Of a stretch of 39,899 nucleotides of DNA, positions 1 to 7,744 are shown in pieces. Below the pieces are notes generated by a model that did no database searches, had not been told where the DNA came from, and saw only the letters and a program-made list of their open reading frames with translations. The translations under genes and the position numbers were made by a program. Source of the DNA: a virus; the UHGV virus genome UHGV-0045955; one strand, written 5' to 3'. Position 1 is the stretch's first letter. Each line of letters begins with the position of its first letter.

Positions 1-22
1 TGTGTACCAAATTGTGTACCAA
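1..22. repeat. Tandem direct repeat TGTGTACCAA-AT-TGTGTACCAA upstream of the integrase gene
   Basis: Two identical 10-nt copies at 1-10 and 13-22, read directly from the sequence. Confidence 0.5.
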
Positions 23-49
23 TTTTGACGATGACGAACAGGTATTAGG

Positions 50-1258
50 ATGGCACTCAACGATACAAAGCTGCGACGTATATCCGGAAAAGCATATGAG
101 GGACCTGAGGAGATAGCTGACGGAGGCGGACTTTCTGTCAGGATCAGCCCGAAGGGACTTATCACCTTTCAATACCGCTATCGTTTCAATGGAAAACCCG
201 CCAGGTTAAAGCTCGGAACGTACGGGAAGATGTCGCTTAAGGAAGCTCGCGATGCATTGGAAGAGTGTAAAGGGTGGTTGGAGAAGGGTAAAGACCCAGC
301 CATGCAAAGGAAGAAAGCCAAAGATATTGCATCAAGTTCCCCAAGCATCAGTACCCTAGTTGACGAGTGGTTTGATACTCCTTCAGTAAAAGAGATGGTG
401 AAGTACGAATACTGGAAGCGGATGCTGAAACTTCACATCACCGACAATTACGGTAAGCTGATTGCAGATGAAATGAGTCCTGTAGAGTGGGAGCAAATAT
501 TCATTCGCATAACAAAAGGTGGGTCACCCGTACAGGCGGGAAATGTACTGGTGAAGATGAAGCAAGTGATCCGCTATGCGTTACGCAGAAAACGCATAAC
601 ATCAAATGCACTGATGCTTCTTGAGATTAATGATATCGGCAGTAGACCTAATAATGGCGAACGTTTTCTTAACGATGTTGAGATAGGCGCATTCTGGAAT
701 GCCATCGACAAAACGAAAATGTCGTGGCAAAACAAAATGTTTATTCGAATTGTTGCGTTAACTGGTTGTCGTGGTGTTGAATTGCGGTTGGCTAAGAAGA
801 CTGATTTTGATCTGAAGTCTAGAGAATGGACTATACCGAAAGAGAACTCAAAAACGCGTAAGCGATTTGTTCGCGGTATTTCAAAACTCGCAGCAGATTA
901 TTTGCAGCAGGTATTTGATCTATACCCTGATCTGTCAATCGTATTTCCTCCGGCTAAGTTACAGGAAAATCGCCCAATGTCTGCCAGCACCCTAATTTCT
1001 ATTGCAGAACAGGTAGAAGATGTTATGGGGGGCGAGCACTGGTCATTGCACGATCTGCGCAGAACGTGCAAAACAAAAATGGCTGAACTTGGAGTAGCAC
1101 CTCATGTTTCGGAGAAAATTCTCGGGCATAAACTCACGGGGATGCTGGCTGTTTATGACCAGTATGACTACATCCCCGAGCAGCAGGACGCAGCAGAATT
1201 ATGGGCTAAGAAAATTCAAGAGTGTTCGGAAATCAATCCTTTATCTTTGCAAAACTGA
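50..1258 (+). CDS. int: Tyrosine integrase, P4-like family (N-terminal arm-binding domain, C-terminal catalytic domain)
   Basis: 402-aa ORF; N-terminal region resembles the DUF4102-type arm domain; C-terminal HDLRRT, LGH and Y motifs typical of tyrosine recombinases. Confidence 0.9.
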   Translation: MALNDTKLRRISGKAYEGPEEIADGGGLSVRISPKGLITFQYRYRFNGKPARLKLGTYGKMSLKEARDALEECKGWLEKGKDPAMQRKKAKDIASSSPSISTLVDEWFDTPSVKEMVKYEYWKRMLKLHITDNYGKLIADEMSPVEWEQIFIRITKGGSPVQAGNVLVKMKQVIRYALRRKRITSNALMLLEINDIGSRPNNGERFLNDVEIGAFWNAIDKTKMSWQNKMFIRIVALTGCRGVELRLAKKTDFDLKSREWTIPKENSKTRKRFVRGISKLAADYLQQVFDLYPDLSIVFPPAKLQENRPMSASTLISIAEQVEDVMGGEHWSLHDLRRTCKTKMAELGVAPHVSEKILGHKLTGMLAVYDQYDYIPEQQDAAELWAKKIQECSEINPLSLQN

Positions 1259-1446
1259 ATAACTTCCTTGTAGCGAAAGAGGGCGCCGCCTTTCGGTGGG
1301 TGGATTTCTTCCACTTCCCGAGGGAATGGTGTCCCTGATTGCTCCCACTGTTTACGCTTCCGGTAAAAAGTAGTTCTGGAGATACCACCAAGCATCTCCT
1401 GAACACGCTCGCGGTTTATTAGAATCGGCTGAATATTGATTGTCAT
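1216..1446 (-). CDS. AlpA/excisionase-like small DNA-binding protein
   Basis: 76-aa ORF convergent with int and overlapping its 3' end; HTH-like segment (GGISRTTFYRKRKQ); GGAGA-type RBS upstream. Confidence 0.6.
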   Translation of the reverse strand: MTINIQPILINRERVQEMLGGISRTTFYRKRKQWEQSGTPFPREVEEIHPPKGGALFRYKEVIQFCKDKGLISEHS

Positions 1447-1567
1447 TTGTATGGTTTCTCCATAAAGAAATAAACCGTTCAGTGGCGGTTATTGTCGGTT
1501 GCGGTAGATCTGGCGATCTTGAGAAACTGTCAGGCCTCATCGAGTGTGAGGCTGTATGATTCCATAG

Positions 1568-1912
1568 TTAGTCCTTGCGTAGTTCTCTGATTCTTCTGTA
1601 AGTCTCTGGTGCTTTGTTTCCGTGTATCTTCATTTCAGACTTCAACAGAGCAACGAGAGAATCCCATTCGTTGAGGATGCCTTTGAATGCCGGAACGCGC
1701 TTTGCAACCTTGTCGAATGAATCTCTGATTTCTGGAATCTGCTCAACAAGTGCAACGCATCGTCGGAAATCGGCTGCGTCATGTGGAGCGCCGAAGTGAT
1801 GACCATAGATATTCTTTTTCAGTCCACATGCGATTGAGGCAAGAGTTGCGCTACTGATGCCGACATCGCCAGTCGTTTGCCATTTCAAAATCTTCATAGC
1901 CAAATCTGACAT
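1568..1912 (-). CDS. Hypothetical prophage early protein
   Basis: ORF with start moved to the internal ATG (MSDLAMK) preceded by GGAGA; the longer ORF start lies inside a terminator hairpin. Confidence 0.5.
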   Translation of the reverse strand: MSDLAMKILKWQTTGDVGISSATLASIACGLKKNIYGHHFGAPHDAADFRRCVALVEQIPEIRDSFDKVAKRVPAFKGILNEWDSLVALLKSEMKIHGNKAPETYRRIRELRKD

Positions 1913-1924
1913 TTCTTGTCTCCA

Positions 1925-1947
1925 ATAAAAAACCGCCATCAGGCGGC
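1925..1947 (-). terminator. Rho-independent terminator (leftward early operon)
   Basis: Minus-strand hairpin CCGCC-TGAT-GGCGG followed by a T8 run. Confidence 0.6.
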
Positions 1948-2012
1948 TTAGTGTTCTTTCAGTTCTTCAATTCGAATATTGGTTACATTGTTTTCATATA
2001 TGAATAAATAAT

Positions 2013-2192
2013 TTAGCTTTTTTCGTTGCTTCCGCGTTCTTTATTATTTTTACTAAACTCGTTTTTACCGCGCATTCCAAATGCGTCTTTAGAGTTGTTG
2101 TATCCGCAATCACTGCACACATAATCTCCAGACCATCCACGCCTTGTTTTTTTTTTTGCAATATTTTCAGAACCGCATTTTGGACAAGACAT
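2013..2192 (-). CDS. Small zinc-ribbon protein (two CxxC knuckles) containing an A11 homopolymer
   Basis: 59-aa ORF from ATG with GGAGG RBS at 7-nt spacing; CPKC and CSDC motifs; coding-strand A11 at 2147-2157. Confidence 0.55.
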   Translation of the reverse strand: MSCPKCGSENIAKKKTRRGWSGDYVCSDCGYNNSKDAFGMRGKNEFSKNNKERGSNEKS

Positions 2193-2288
2193 ATCACTAC
2201 CTCCAAAGCATGAGTGAGATGACAACGTAACATTGATTGGAAATTAACAATATATTGTTGATGTAAAAGATATGTATAAGATTCGCTA

Positions 2289-3194
2289 TCAGAGCGGCGG
2301 TTCTGGTAGCGGCATCCAGTGGGTTACATTGCGGCTCTGCGTTTCGAAGAACTCCTCACCATTGCGGACAACATCAAAAAACTCACCGTCTCGATATTGC
2401 GCATAAAGAACGAATGCGCCATCACATAAAATAATTACGTGCTGACCATCATCTGGCATTCGCTCACTACAGCTTATCCAACCATCCGGAGTTACCGGAT
2501 AGTTGCCAGACAGCGCATTCTGCAACCGTTCCAGCTTCACGTATTCCTGAACTCTGTTTCCGTCGCACGTCTGAAGCCATTGAGCAGCCTTTTGCGCATC
2601 AGTGTGAAAGGCACAAGTGCGACCGTCATCAAATTGCATTTTGTAGAGGTCAGCAACCTGTTCAAACTCCGTTTGTGGCAAGTTGTAAGTTTGGCTTACA
2701 GGTTTGGCACCATGAAGCATGGCGGCACGACAGGCGTTCCAGCCTCTCACCTCTGCAATAGCTGCAACCGCATCAACCGCATACATGCTAAGAGGGTTCG
2801 GCATTGGTTTTTCTTCCGGTACTACTGGCGATGGCTGTTTAACTTCTAAATCAGCAATTCTGTCAACTACGGCATCTACTGCATCTGAAAAACTGAAACA
2901 GTTACTCCATTCCGGCCTGTTCCCGGTTGCTGCAAAATACATATCAGCTAAAGCATACTCAGCATGGTCACGCTCGTTGATGAGTTGCTCTTCGCTTTTC
3001 TCCAGTTCAGCAATACGCTTACTCCCATCCGAGATAACGCCCTCGTAATACTCACGCTGCTCGTTGAGTTTTGATTCAAGTTCACCGAACTTACGGACAA
3101 GATATTCAGCGTTTGTTTCGTTAACCTTTAAATCTCGTGGGATGCATTTACCTTTCAGAAATCCATCCATCTCAATTAGTGACATTTGTTTCAT
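2289..3194 (-). CDS. DUF551-family prophage early protein
   Basis: 301-aa ORF from in-frame ATG; C-terminal segment ([14 protein letters not shown]...) resembles the DUF551 domain common in lambdoid early-left regions; ATGA overlap with the upstream small ORF. Confidence 0.6.
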   Translation of the reverse strand: MKQMSLIEMDGFLKGKCIPRDLKVNETNAEYLVRKFGELESKLNEQREYYEGVISDGSKRIAELEKSEEQLINERDHAEYALADMYFAATGNRPEWSNCFSFSDAVDAVVDRIADLEVKQPSPVVPEEKPMPNPLSMYAVDAVAAIAEVRGWNACRAAMLHGAKPVSQTYNLPQTEFEQVADLYKMQFDDGRTCAFHTDAQKAAQWLQTCDGNRVQEYVKLERLQNALSGNYPVTPDGWISCSERMPDDGQHVIILCDGAFVLYAQYRDGEFFDVVRNGEEFFETQSRNVTHWMPLPEPPL

Positions 3195-3373
3195 TTCTTC
3201 CCACTCCGCCACATCGCATTCAGATATTTGTTTTGATTTACTGATGGAAAAGAATTTCTCTTAAGCAATTCCTCTCTCGATGGCATTGGCTTTACGCGTT
3301 GGCGAATAATCATTTCTGCCGGAAGAATGCCGGGATTGTATGCAAGTCCTCTCATGGTAAATTCCTCAGTCAT
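3191..3373 (-). CDS. Small hypothetical protein (60 aa), translationally coupled on both sides
   Basis: ATG overlaps the stop of the upstream gene (ATGACTGA) and its stop overlaps the ATG of the DUF551 gene (AAATGAAA). Confidence 0.4.
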   Translation of the reverse strand: MTEEFTMRGLAYNPGILPAEMIIRQRVKPMPSREELLKRNSFPSVNQNKYLNAMWRSGKK

Positions 3374-3659
3374 TACTGATAGCGCCATAACGTGAGCGGT
3401 AATTACGCAGGCGCGGGTCAATTTCAGGGAAGTGGGTATATGTGGCTTTGCGGAATGGTTGGATTGATGTCTGGTAAATTCGCTCGCGTTCTTCTTTCTC
3501 TGCAAGCCATATACAGTGGCGAAATTCCTTTTCCTCTTTCGTTTCCTGCGGTAGCGACATTATCCGGTCGTAGTTTTTTCTGAATTTATCCAGCACCTCC
3601 GATACGGAATTGCCGGAACAGCGGCGCGCGTCGTCCGCACCATACAGAGGCGCTGGCAT
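3366..3659 (-). CDS. Hypothetical prophage early protein
   Basis: 97-aa ORF with AGGAG RBS immediately downstream of the exonuclease gene. Confidence 0.55.
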   Translation of the reverse strand: MPAPLYGADDARRCSGNSVSEVLDKFRKNYDRIMSLPQETKEEKEFRHCIWLAEKEERERIYQTSIQPFRKATYTHFPEIDPRLRNYRSRYGAISND

Positions 3660-3675
3660 GGTTTTCTCCTGTTGA

Positions 3676-4224
3676 TTATTTAGCTAACTTTTTCCAGATC
3701 GCTGAAACGTATTTGGCTTGGTGAATGGCATCATCAAGCGCGTTGTGGCGAGTTCCTTTGAATGGCATATCTCGCTTAGGGTCGAATCCTATTACCTTCC
3801 CAAGTTCGACGATTGTTCTTACGTCGCGGTCATTCCACCACTGCCACGGAACTGGCTGCCCTGTCAGCGAATAACTGTTGCGGAGAATAACGCAGTCAAA
3901 TGATGCTCCATTCCCCCAAACCTGAACGAATTTGTGGTTGGCGTTCTTTATGATGAATTCAGATAACCATGAAAGAGCCGTTGAAAGCTCTTGAGTGTTG
4001 CTGGTTAGCGATTTTCTGGCTTCTTCACTCTGTTCCATCCACCATAAAATCGTTGAAGCGTCAGGACGCGCCCGATATCGCATTGATGACTCAAGCGAGA
4101 TATTTACCGAGAACTCTTCTCCTGTTTCTCCGGTATTCGGGTCAAAGAATACCGCCCCAATAGAAATAACTGGCGAGTATGGCCCGTTGCCCATTGTTTC
4201 AAGGTCAACCATTAAGTGATTCAT
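3676..4224 (-). CDS. DnaQ-like (DEDD) 3'-5' exonuclease
   Basis: 182-aa ORF; N-terminal MVDLETMG Exo-I-like motif and C-terminal HNALDDA motif; AAGGA RBS. Confidence 0.7.
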   Translation of the reverse strand: MNHLMVDLETMGNGPYSPVISIGAVFFDPNTGETGEEFSVNISLESSMRYRARPDASTILWWMEQSEEARKSLTSNTQELSTALSWLSEFIIKNANHKFVQVWGNGASFDCVILRNSYSLTGQPVPWQWWNDRDVRTIVELGKVIGFDPKRDMPFKGTRHNALDDAIHQAKYVSAIWKKLAK

Positions 4225-4232
4225 GTAAGTCC

Positions 4233-4739
4233 TTAAATTGCGTGAATAGCGTGACGAGGGAAGGGGAGAGTTACTGGTGCAAAGGGTATATCGTCGTCAA
4301 AATCCATCGGAGGTTCGTTGTGTTGTGCTGGTGATGATTGCTGCTGTGGCTTCTGTGATTGCCTGCTGGCTGCTTGTTGTTTTCTGTCGCCAATGCCGCC
4401 AAGCATTTGCATCACGCCATTAATTCCGACATGAACCTCGGTTGTGTAACGGTCTTGCCCTGACTGGTCTTTCCACTTTCTGGTTCTCAGCATTCCCTCG
4501 AAATAAATCTGATCACCTTTTTTCACATACTGCCCCACGACCTCAGCCAGTTTCCCGGATACAGCAACACGATGCCATTCAGTCAATTCCTTTTGCTCGC
4601 CAGTATTTTTATCTCGCCATTGTTCTGATGTGGCTATTGTCAGGTTAGCTAACGCTGTTCCTGATGGTGAGTATCGAACTTCCGGGGCTTGTCCTACCCG
4701 ACCAAGGATAATCACCTTATTTACGCCTCTGCTTGCCAT
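4233..4739 (-). CDS. ssb: Single-stranded DNA-binding protein with a 15-aa extension beyond the canonical DDDIPF tail
   Basis: 168-aa ORF with OB-fold N-terminus typical of SSB and a Gln/Pro-rich linker; DDDIPF is present but followed by [15 protein letters not shown] before the stop. Confidence 0.9.
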   Translation of the reverse strand: MASRGVNKVIILGRVGQAPEVRYSPSGTALANLTIATSEQWRDKNTGEQKELTEWHRVAVSGKLAEVVGQYVKKGDQIYFEGMLRTRKWKDQSGQDRYTTEVHVGINGVMQMLGGIGDRKQQAASRQSQKPQQQSSPAQHNEPPMDFDDDIPFAPVTLPFPRHAIHAI

Positions 4740-5447
4740 TTATGCCGCCTGTTTTAGTTCGTTAACTCTGATGTTCATTACCTGAACGCATTTAGCCTGC
4801 GCCTCCTCGTTGCCAGCCATTAATTGCCAGTCACGCTGATAACGCTCGATGAGTTTTTTCTTATCAGTTTCTGTTGACGCATAATCGCTGAAGTCTTTCA
4901 GGATTTGTTCGCAGTCAACCGATGGAGATTTCTGGTTGGTATTTTCTGGTGATGGTTTGTTATCTGATGCTGGGATTGCCCATCCCGGCAGCGATGGAGG
5001 GAGCCAGTAAAATCCTGTTCCATCCTTCAGTTTTGCCCTGTGCCACCCCTGCTTTTTATCGAGAGATGTTTGTGCGAAACCTTCCTCAAGGTTATACAGA
5101 TACCGACCGATTCCCCACTGAACGGCAGCACGCTTCATTGCACCTGAACGACCACCTTTGACGGCTTCTACCTGCGTGTTTTCAGCAGCATCCCATTTGG
5201 TTACCCATTCGGAATCAATCTTGATTGATATGCCGCATTCAACTCCGCCGTTGTTGGGAATATCGCGGTATTCATTGCGCCATCCTGCTTTGCCGCAAAC
5301 ATCGTCCAGGCGTTTCATGATTGCCCGGTTCGTGACATAAGCCAGCACCATAGCCCACACCTTGCCATCGCGTGTTTTACCGCTTTGCTGTATTCGCCAT
5401 TCGATATCTTCAGGGCTGAATGGCTCATCGAATTTGTTCAAATCCAT
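4740..5447 (-). CDS. Phage single-strand annealing recombinase (Rad52-like family, tentative)
   Basis: 235-aa ORF directly upstream of ssb; motif KRAAVQWGIGRYLY resembles Rad52/Sak-type annealases; GAGGTG RBS. Confidence 0.6.
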   Translation of the reverse strand: MDLNKFDEPFSPEDIEWRIQQSGKTRDGKVWAMVLAYVTNRAIMKRLDDVCGKAGWRNEYRDIPNNGGVECGISIKIDSEWVTKWDAAENTQVEAVKGGRSGAMKRAAVQWGIGRYLYNLEEGFAQTSLDKKQGWHRAKLKDGTGFYWLPPSLPGWAIPASDNKPSPENTNQKSPSVDCEQILKDFSDYASTETDKKKLIERYQRDWQLMAGNEEAQAKCVQVMNIRVNELKQAA

Positions 5448-5455
5448 AATTCACC

Positions 5456-5626
5456 TCAGAATGGACACGGCCCAAGGAAATAACGCTGATTTAATACTTC
5501 GACTCGGGACAAATTAAGGCATACCCGCATTCCTTCGCGGTCACCATTATGGCGATACCAGAGAGCTTTCTGCGTGTACATGCGTCTCTGTAACTTGCTC
5601 TCCTTCACTGTGGTTGCAAGTGACAT
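5456..5626 (-). CDS. Small hypothetical protein (56 aa)
   Basis: ATG preceded by AAGGAG at 7-nt spacing; stop sits just before the annealase RBS. Confidence 0.4.
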   Translation of the reverse strand: MSLATTVKESKLQRRMYTQKALWYRHNGDREGMRVCLNLSRVEVLNQRYFLGPCPF

Positions 5627-5705
5627 GAATATCTCCTTCGTTACCGATTAATTCTTTCATCTGACGAATGAATTCTTCGTCTGACCAGTTATCTGTAAAA
5701 CTCAT
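5547..5705 (-). CDS. Small hypothetical ORF (52 aa), overlaps the previous ORF in another frame
   Basis: ATGA overlap with the stop of the Kil-like ORF; no well-spaced SD, so weaker than the overlapping 5456-5626 ORF. Confidence 0.2.
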   Translation of the reverse strand: MSFTDNWSDEEFIRQMKELIGNEGDIHVTCNHSEGEQVTETHVHAESSLVSP

Positions 5706-5854
5706 TTCCTGCGATACCACGGAAGGTTGATAGCTGATTTCATCGCTTTATTTGCTTCAAGCCACATTTTTGAATCACCAATAAATCTGGCTATTACTGC
5801 TTTGTTCTGTGCAGCACGAAGCATCTGGTGATTAATGGCTATTTCATTGCGCAT
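5702..5854 (-). CDS. Small protein (50 aa), possibly Kil-like
   Basis: GGAGG RBS; lies directly downstream of the cIII-like gene as kil does in lambda; similarity to Kil is from memory only. Confidence 0.4.
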   Translation of the reverse strand: MRNEIAINHQMLRAAQNKAVIARFIGDSKMWLEANKAMKSAINLPWYRRK

Positions 5855-5973
5855 AACGCCTCCAGTTGTTTCTTTGCTGCTCTGATTAATTGTTTAACTC
5901 GGCGTGATAATTCAGATTCGTGCGGGTAGAAAGCGGACATGACGCCGCTACCCGCGAGCTGAAAGTGCATCAT
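5839..5973 (-). CDS. cIII: CIII-like FtsH inhibitor (44 aa)
   Basis: AAGGAG RBS before ATGATG; sequence MMHFQLAGSG...ESELSRRVKQLIRAAKKQLE parallels the lambda CIII amphipathic-helix region. Confidence 0.7.
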   Translation of the reverse strand: MMHFQLAGSGVMSAFYPHESELSRRVKQLIRAAKKQLEALCAMK

Positions 5974-6048
5974 GGGTAACTCCTTATATTTGATTGCATA
6001 ACGAAAATGCCTCTCGTGAAGCATTATTGGTATGCGGTAAAGCCGCGC

Positions 6049-6417
6049 TCAGGCGGCTTTGATAGTCATATCATCTGAATCAAATATTCCTGATGTATCG
6101 ATATCGGTAATTCTTATTCCTTCACTACCATCCATTGGAGGCCATCCTTCCTGACCATTTCCATCATCCCAGTCGAACTCACAAACAACACCATATGCAT
6201 TTAAGTCTTTCGAAATTGCTATAAGCAGAGCATGTTGCGCCAGCATGATTAATACAGCATTTAATACAGCGCCGTGTTTATTGAGTCGGTATTCAGAGTC
6301 TGACCAGAAATTATTAATCTGGTGAAGTTTTTCCTCTGTCATTACGTCATGGTCGATTTCAATTTCTATTGACGCTTTCCAGTCGTAATCAATGATGTAT
6401 TTTTTGATGTTTGACAT
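6049..6417 (-). CDS. Hypothetical prophage early protein with acidic C-terminus
   Basis: 122-aa ORF with GAGGA RBS. Confidence 0.55.
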   Translation of the reverse strand: MSNIKKYIIDYDWKASIEIEIDHDVMTEEKLHQINNFWSDSEYRLNKHGAVLNAVLIMLAQHALLIAISKDLNAYGVVCEFDWDDGNGQEGWPPMDGSEGIRITDIDTSGIFDSDDMTIKAA

Positions 6418-6435
6418 CTATTCATATCCTCATAG

Positions 6436-6463
6436 ATAAAAAATCGCCCTCACATTGGAGGGC
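6436..6463 (-). terminator. Rho-independent terminator inside the leftward operon
   Basis: Minus-strand hairpin GCCCTC-CAATGT-GAGGGC followed by GATTTTTTAT. Confidence 0.5.
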
Positions 6464-6585
6464 AAAGAAGATTTCCAACAATCAGAACAAGTCGGCTCCT
6501 GTTTAGTTACGAGCGACATTGCTCCGTGTATTCACTCGTTGGAATGAATACACAGTGCAGTGTTTATTCTGTTGTTTATGCCAAA

Positions 6586-6612
6586 AATAAAGGCCACCAT
6601 CAGGCAGCCTTG
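6586..6612 (-). terminator. Probable intrinsic terminator (stem with G-U pairs plus U-run)
   Basis: Minus-strand GGCUGCC-UGAU-GGUGGCC followed by UUUAUUUUU; overlaps the stop of the Cys-rich gene. Confidence 0.35.
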
Positions 6613-6800
6613 TTATTCTGTTTACCAAGTTCTCTGGCAATCATTGCCGTCGTTCGTATTGCCCATTTATCGACATATTTCCCATCTTCCATTACAGGAA
6701 ACATTTCTTCAGGCTTAACCATGCATTCCGATTGCAGCTTGCATCCATTGCATCGCTTGAATTGTCCACACCATTGATTTTTATCAATAGTCGTAGTCAT
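6600..6800 (-). CDS. Small Cys-rich (4-Cys) hypothetical protein
   Basis: 66-aa ORF with CGQFKRCNGCKLQSEC cluster; AGGA RBS. Confidence 0.5.
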   Translation of the reverse strand: MTTTIDKNQWCGQFKRCNGCKLQSECMVKPEEMFPVMEDGKYVDKWAIRTTAMIARELGKQNNKAA

Positions 6801-6870
6801 ACGGATAGTCCTGGTATTGTTCCATCACATCCTGAGGATGCTCTTCGAACTCTTCAAATTCTTCTTCCAT
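6784..6870 (-). CDS. Candidate 28-aa highly acidic peptide
   Basis: ATG preceded by AAGGTG at about 5-nt spacing; product MEEEFEEFEEHPQDVMEQYQDYPYDYDY; its 3' end overlaps the start of the Cys-rich gene. Confidence 0.25.
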   Translation of the reverse strand: MEEEFEEFEEHPQDVMEQYQDYPYDYDY

Positions 6871-6950
6871 ATATCACCTTAAATAGTGGATTGCGGTAGT
6901 AAAGATTGTGCCTGTCTTTTAACCACATCAGGCTCGGTGGTTCCTTCACT

Positions 6951-7000
6951 TTCCACAGTCAAAGGAAATGGGTAGACTGTTGTTTCCACAGTCAAAAGAA
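6951..7000. repeat. Two 17-bp direct repeats (TTCCACAGTCAAA[G/A]GAA), 33-bp period
   Basis: Copies at 6951-6967 and 6984-7000, immediately upstream of the plus-strand small ORF. Confidence 0.6.
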
Positions 7001-7010
7001 GGGCTTTGTT

Positions 7011-7175
7011 ATGACAGATATTGTTAATCCTAAAACCAACCCACACGAAGCCGCTCAACAGATTATTGTTGAGCTTATCAGAGCCGGTAATCTTGCCCCT
7101 GGCATTGACGGAAAGCCAATCACAGTTGTTTATGAAAAAATTCTTGATGAGATTATCAGAATAAACAGTAAGTAA
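7011..7175 (+). CDS. Small hypothetical protein (54 aa) encoded opposite to the leftward early operon
   Basis: ATG at 7011 with AAGAAGGG upstream; stop abuts the stop of the convergent gene 7176-7470 (TAATTA). Confidence 0.4.
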   Translation: MTDIVNPKTNPHEAAQQIIVELIRAGNLAPGIDGKPITVVYEKILDEIIRINSK

Positions 7176-7470
7176 TTAAGAAAACAAAATTTCGAATGCC
7201 TGGCGGATGGTTGCAGCATCTTCGTTCGCCAGTTTTTTTCGTTCATCTGATGACATCGATAACAATGCATTTCTCTCAATCAATGTAGCCAGCAGTTTAG
7301 ATGCTATATTTTGAACGTCAGGGTTTAACTCTAAGAATTTATTTCGACTACGTTCGAGAATAAGTTGTGTCGCGGGTGTATCTTTTAACTCAGATATTTT
7401 TATGTCCAATACATCAAGCATTTCTTTCGTTTTCTCAATTAGTAATTGTTCAATACATGAAATATCCATA
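7176..7470 (-). CDS. Hypothetical early protein downstream of N
   Basis: Start moved to the internal ATG (MDISCIEQ) so that it abuts the N stop; the longer ORF would overlap N by 67 nt. Confidence 0.5.
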
Positions 7471-7471
7471 A

Positions 7472-7744
7472 TTACCTCGCCGTCAGTTGTTTTGATTTCC
7501 TGTAGCCTGCCGCGTAAAGAGCTACGTTTGGCAGGCAAATACTTCCACTGCGTTCATCTTCTTCCTTACAGCGAAGGCTTCCGAGTGATGCTGCTTTATC
7601 TGCTCTGACGCAACCAGAGAGCTTTAGCGCAATCTTTCGCGCCAGTCGCTGCTCTTGCATTGCCTGTTCACGTTGAGCCTGTCTGCGTGCTCTGCGGCTA
7701 TTTCTGGCGTTATCGTCAGCCAGATATGTAATGACTACTGTCAT
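7472..7744 (-). CDS. N: N-like transcription antitermination protein (arginine-rich motif)
   Basis: 90-aa ORF with ARM-like segment NARNSRRARRQAQREQ; GGAGG RBS; boxA/boxB nut site about 110 nt upstream. Confidence 0.65.
   Translation of the reverse strand: MTVVITYLADDNARNSRRARRQAQREQAMQEQRLARKIALKLSGCVRADKAASLGSLRCKEEDERSGSICLPNVALYAAGYRKSKQLTAR

Noticed and set aside
1913-1939. Longer start of ORF 1568-1939 (MAVFYWRQEM...)
   Set aside because: The first codons lie inside the terminator hairpin and U-run; the internal ATG at 1912 with a GGAGA RBS is more plausible.
3191-3505. 104-aa version of the minus-strand ORF overlapping gene 3366-3659
   Set aside because: Its 5' part overlaps the upstream gene in another frame; only the coupled 60-codon 3' portion (3191-3373) is kept.
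5974-6024. Long 61-aa version of the cIII ORF
   Set aside because: The track start is a non-ATG codon with no SD; the ATG at 5973 follows AAGGAG and matches where the CIII similarity begins.
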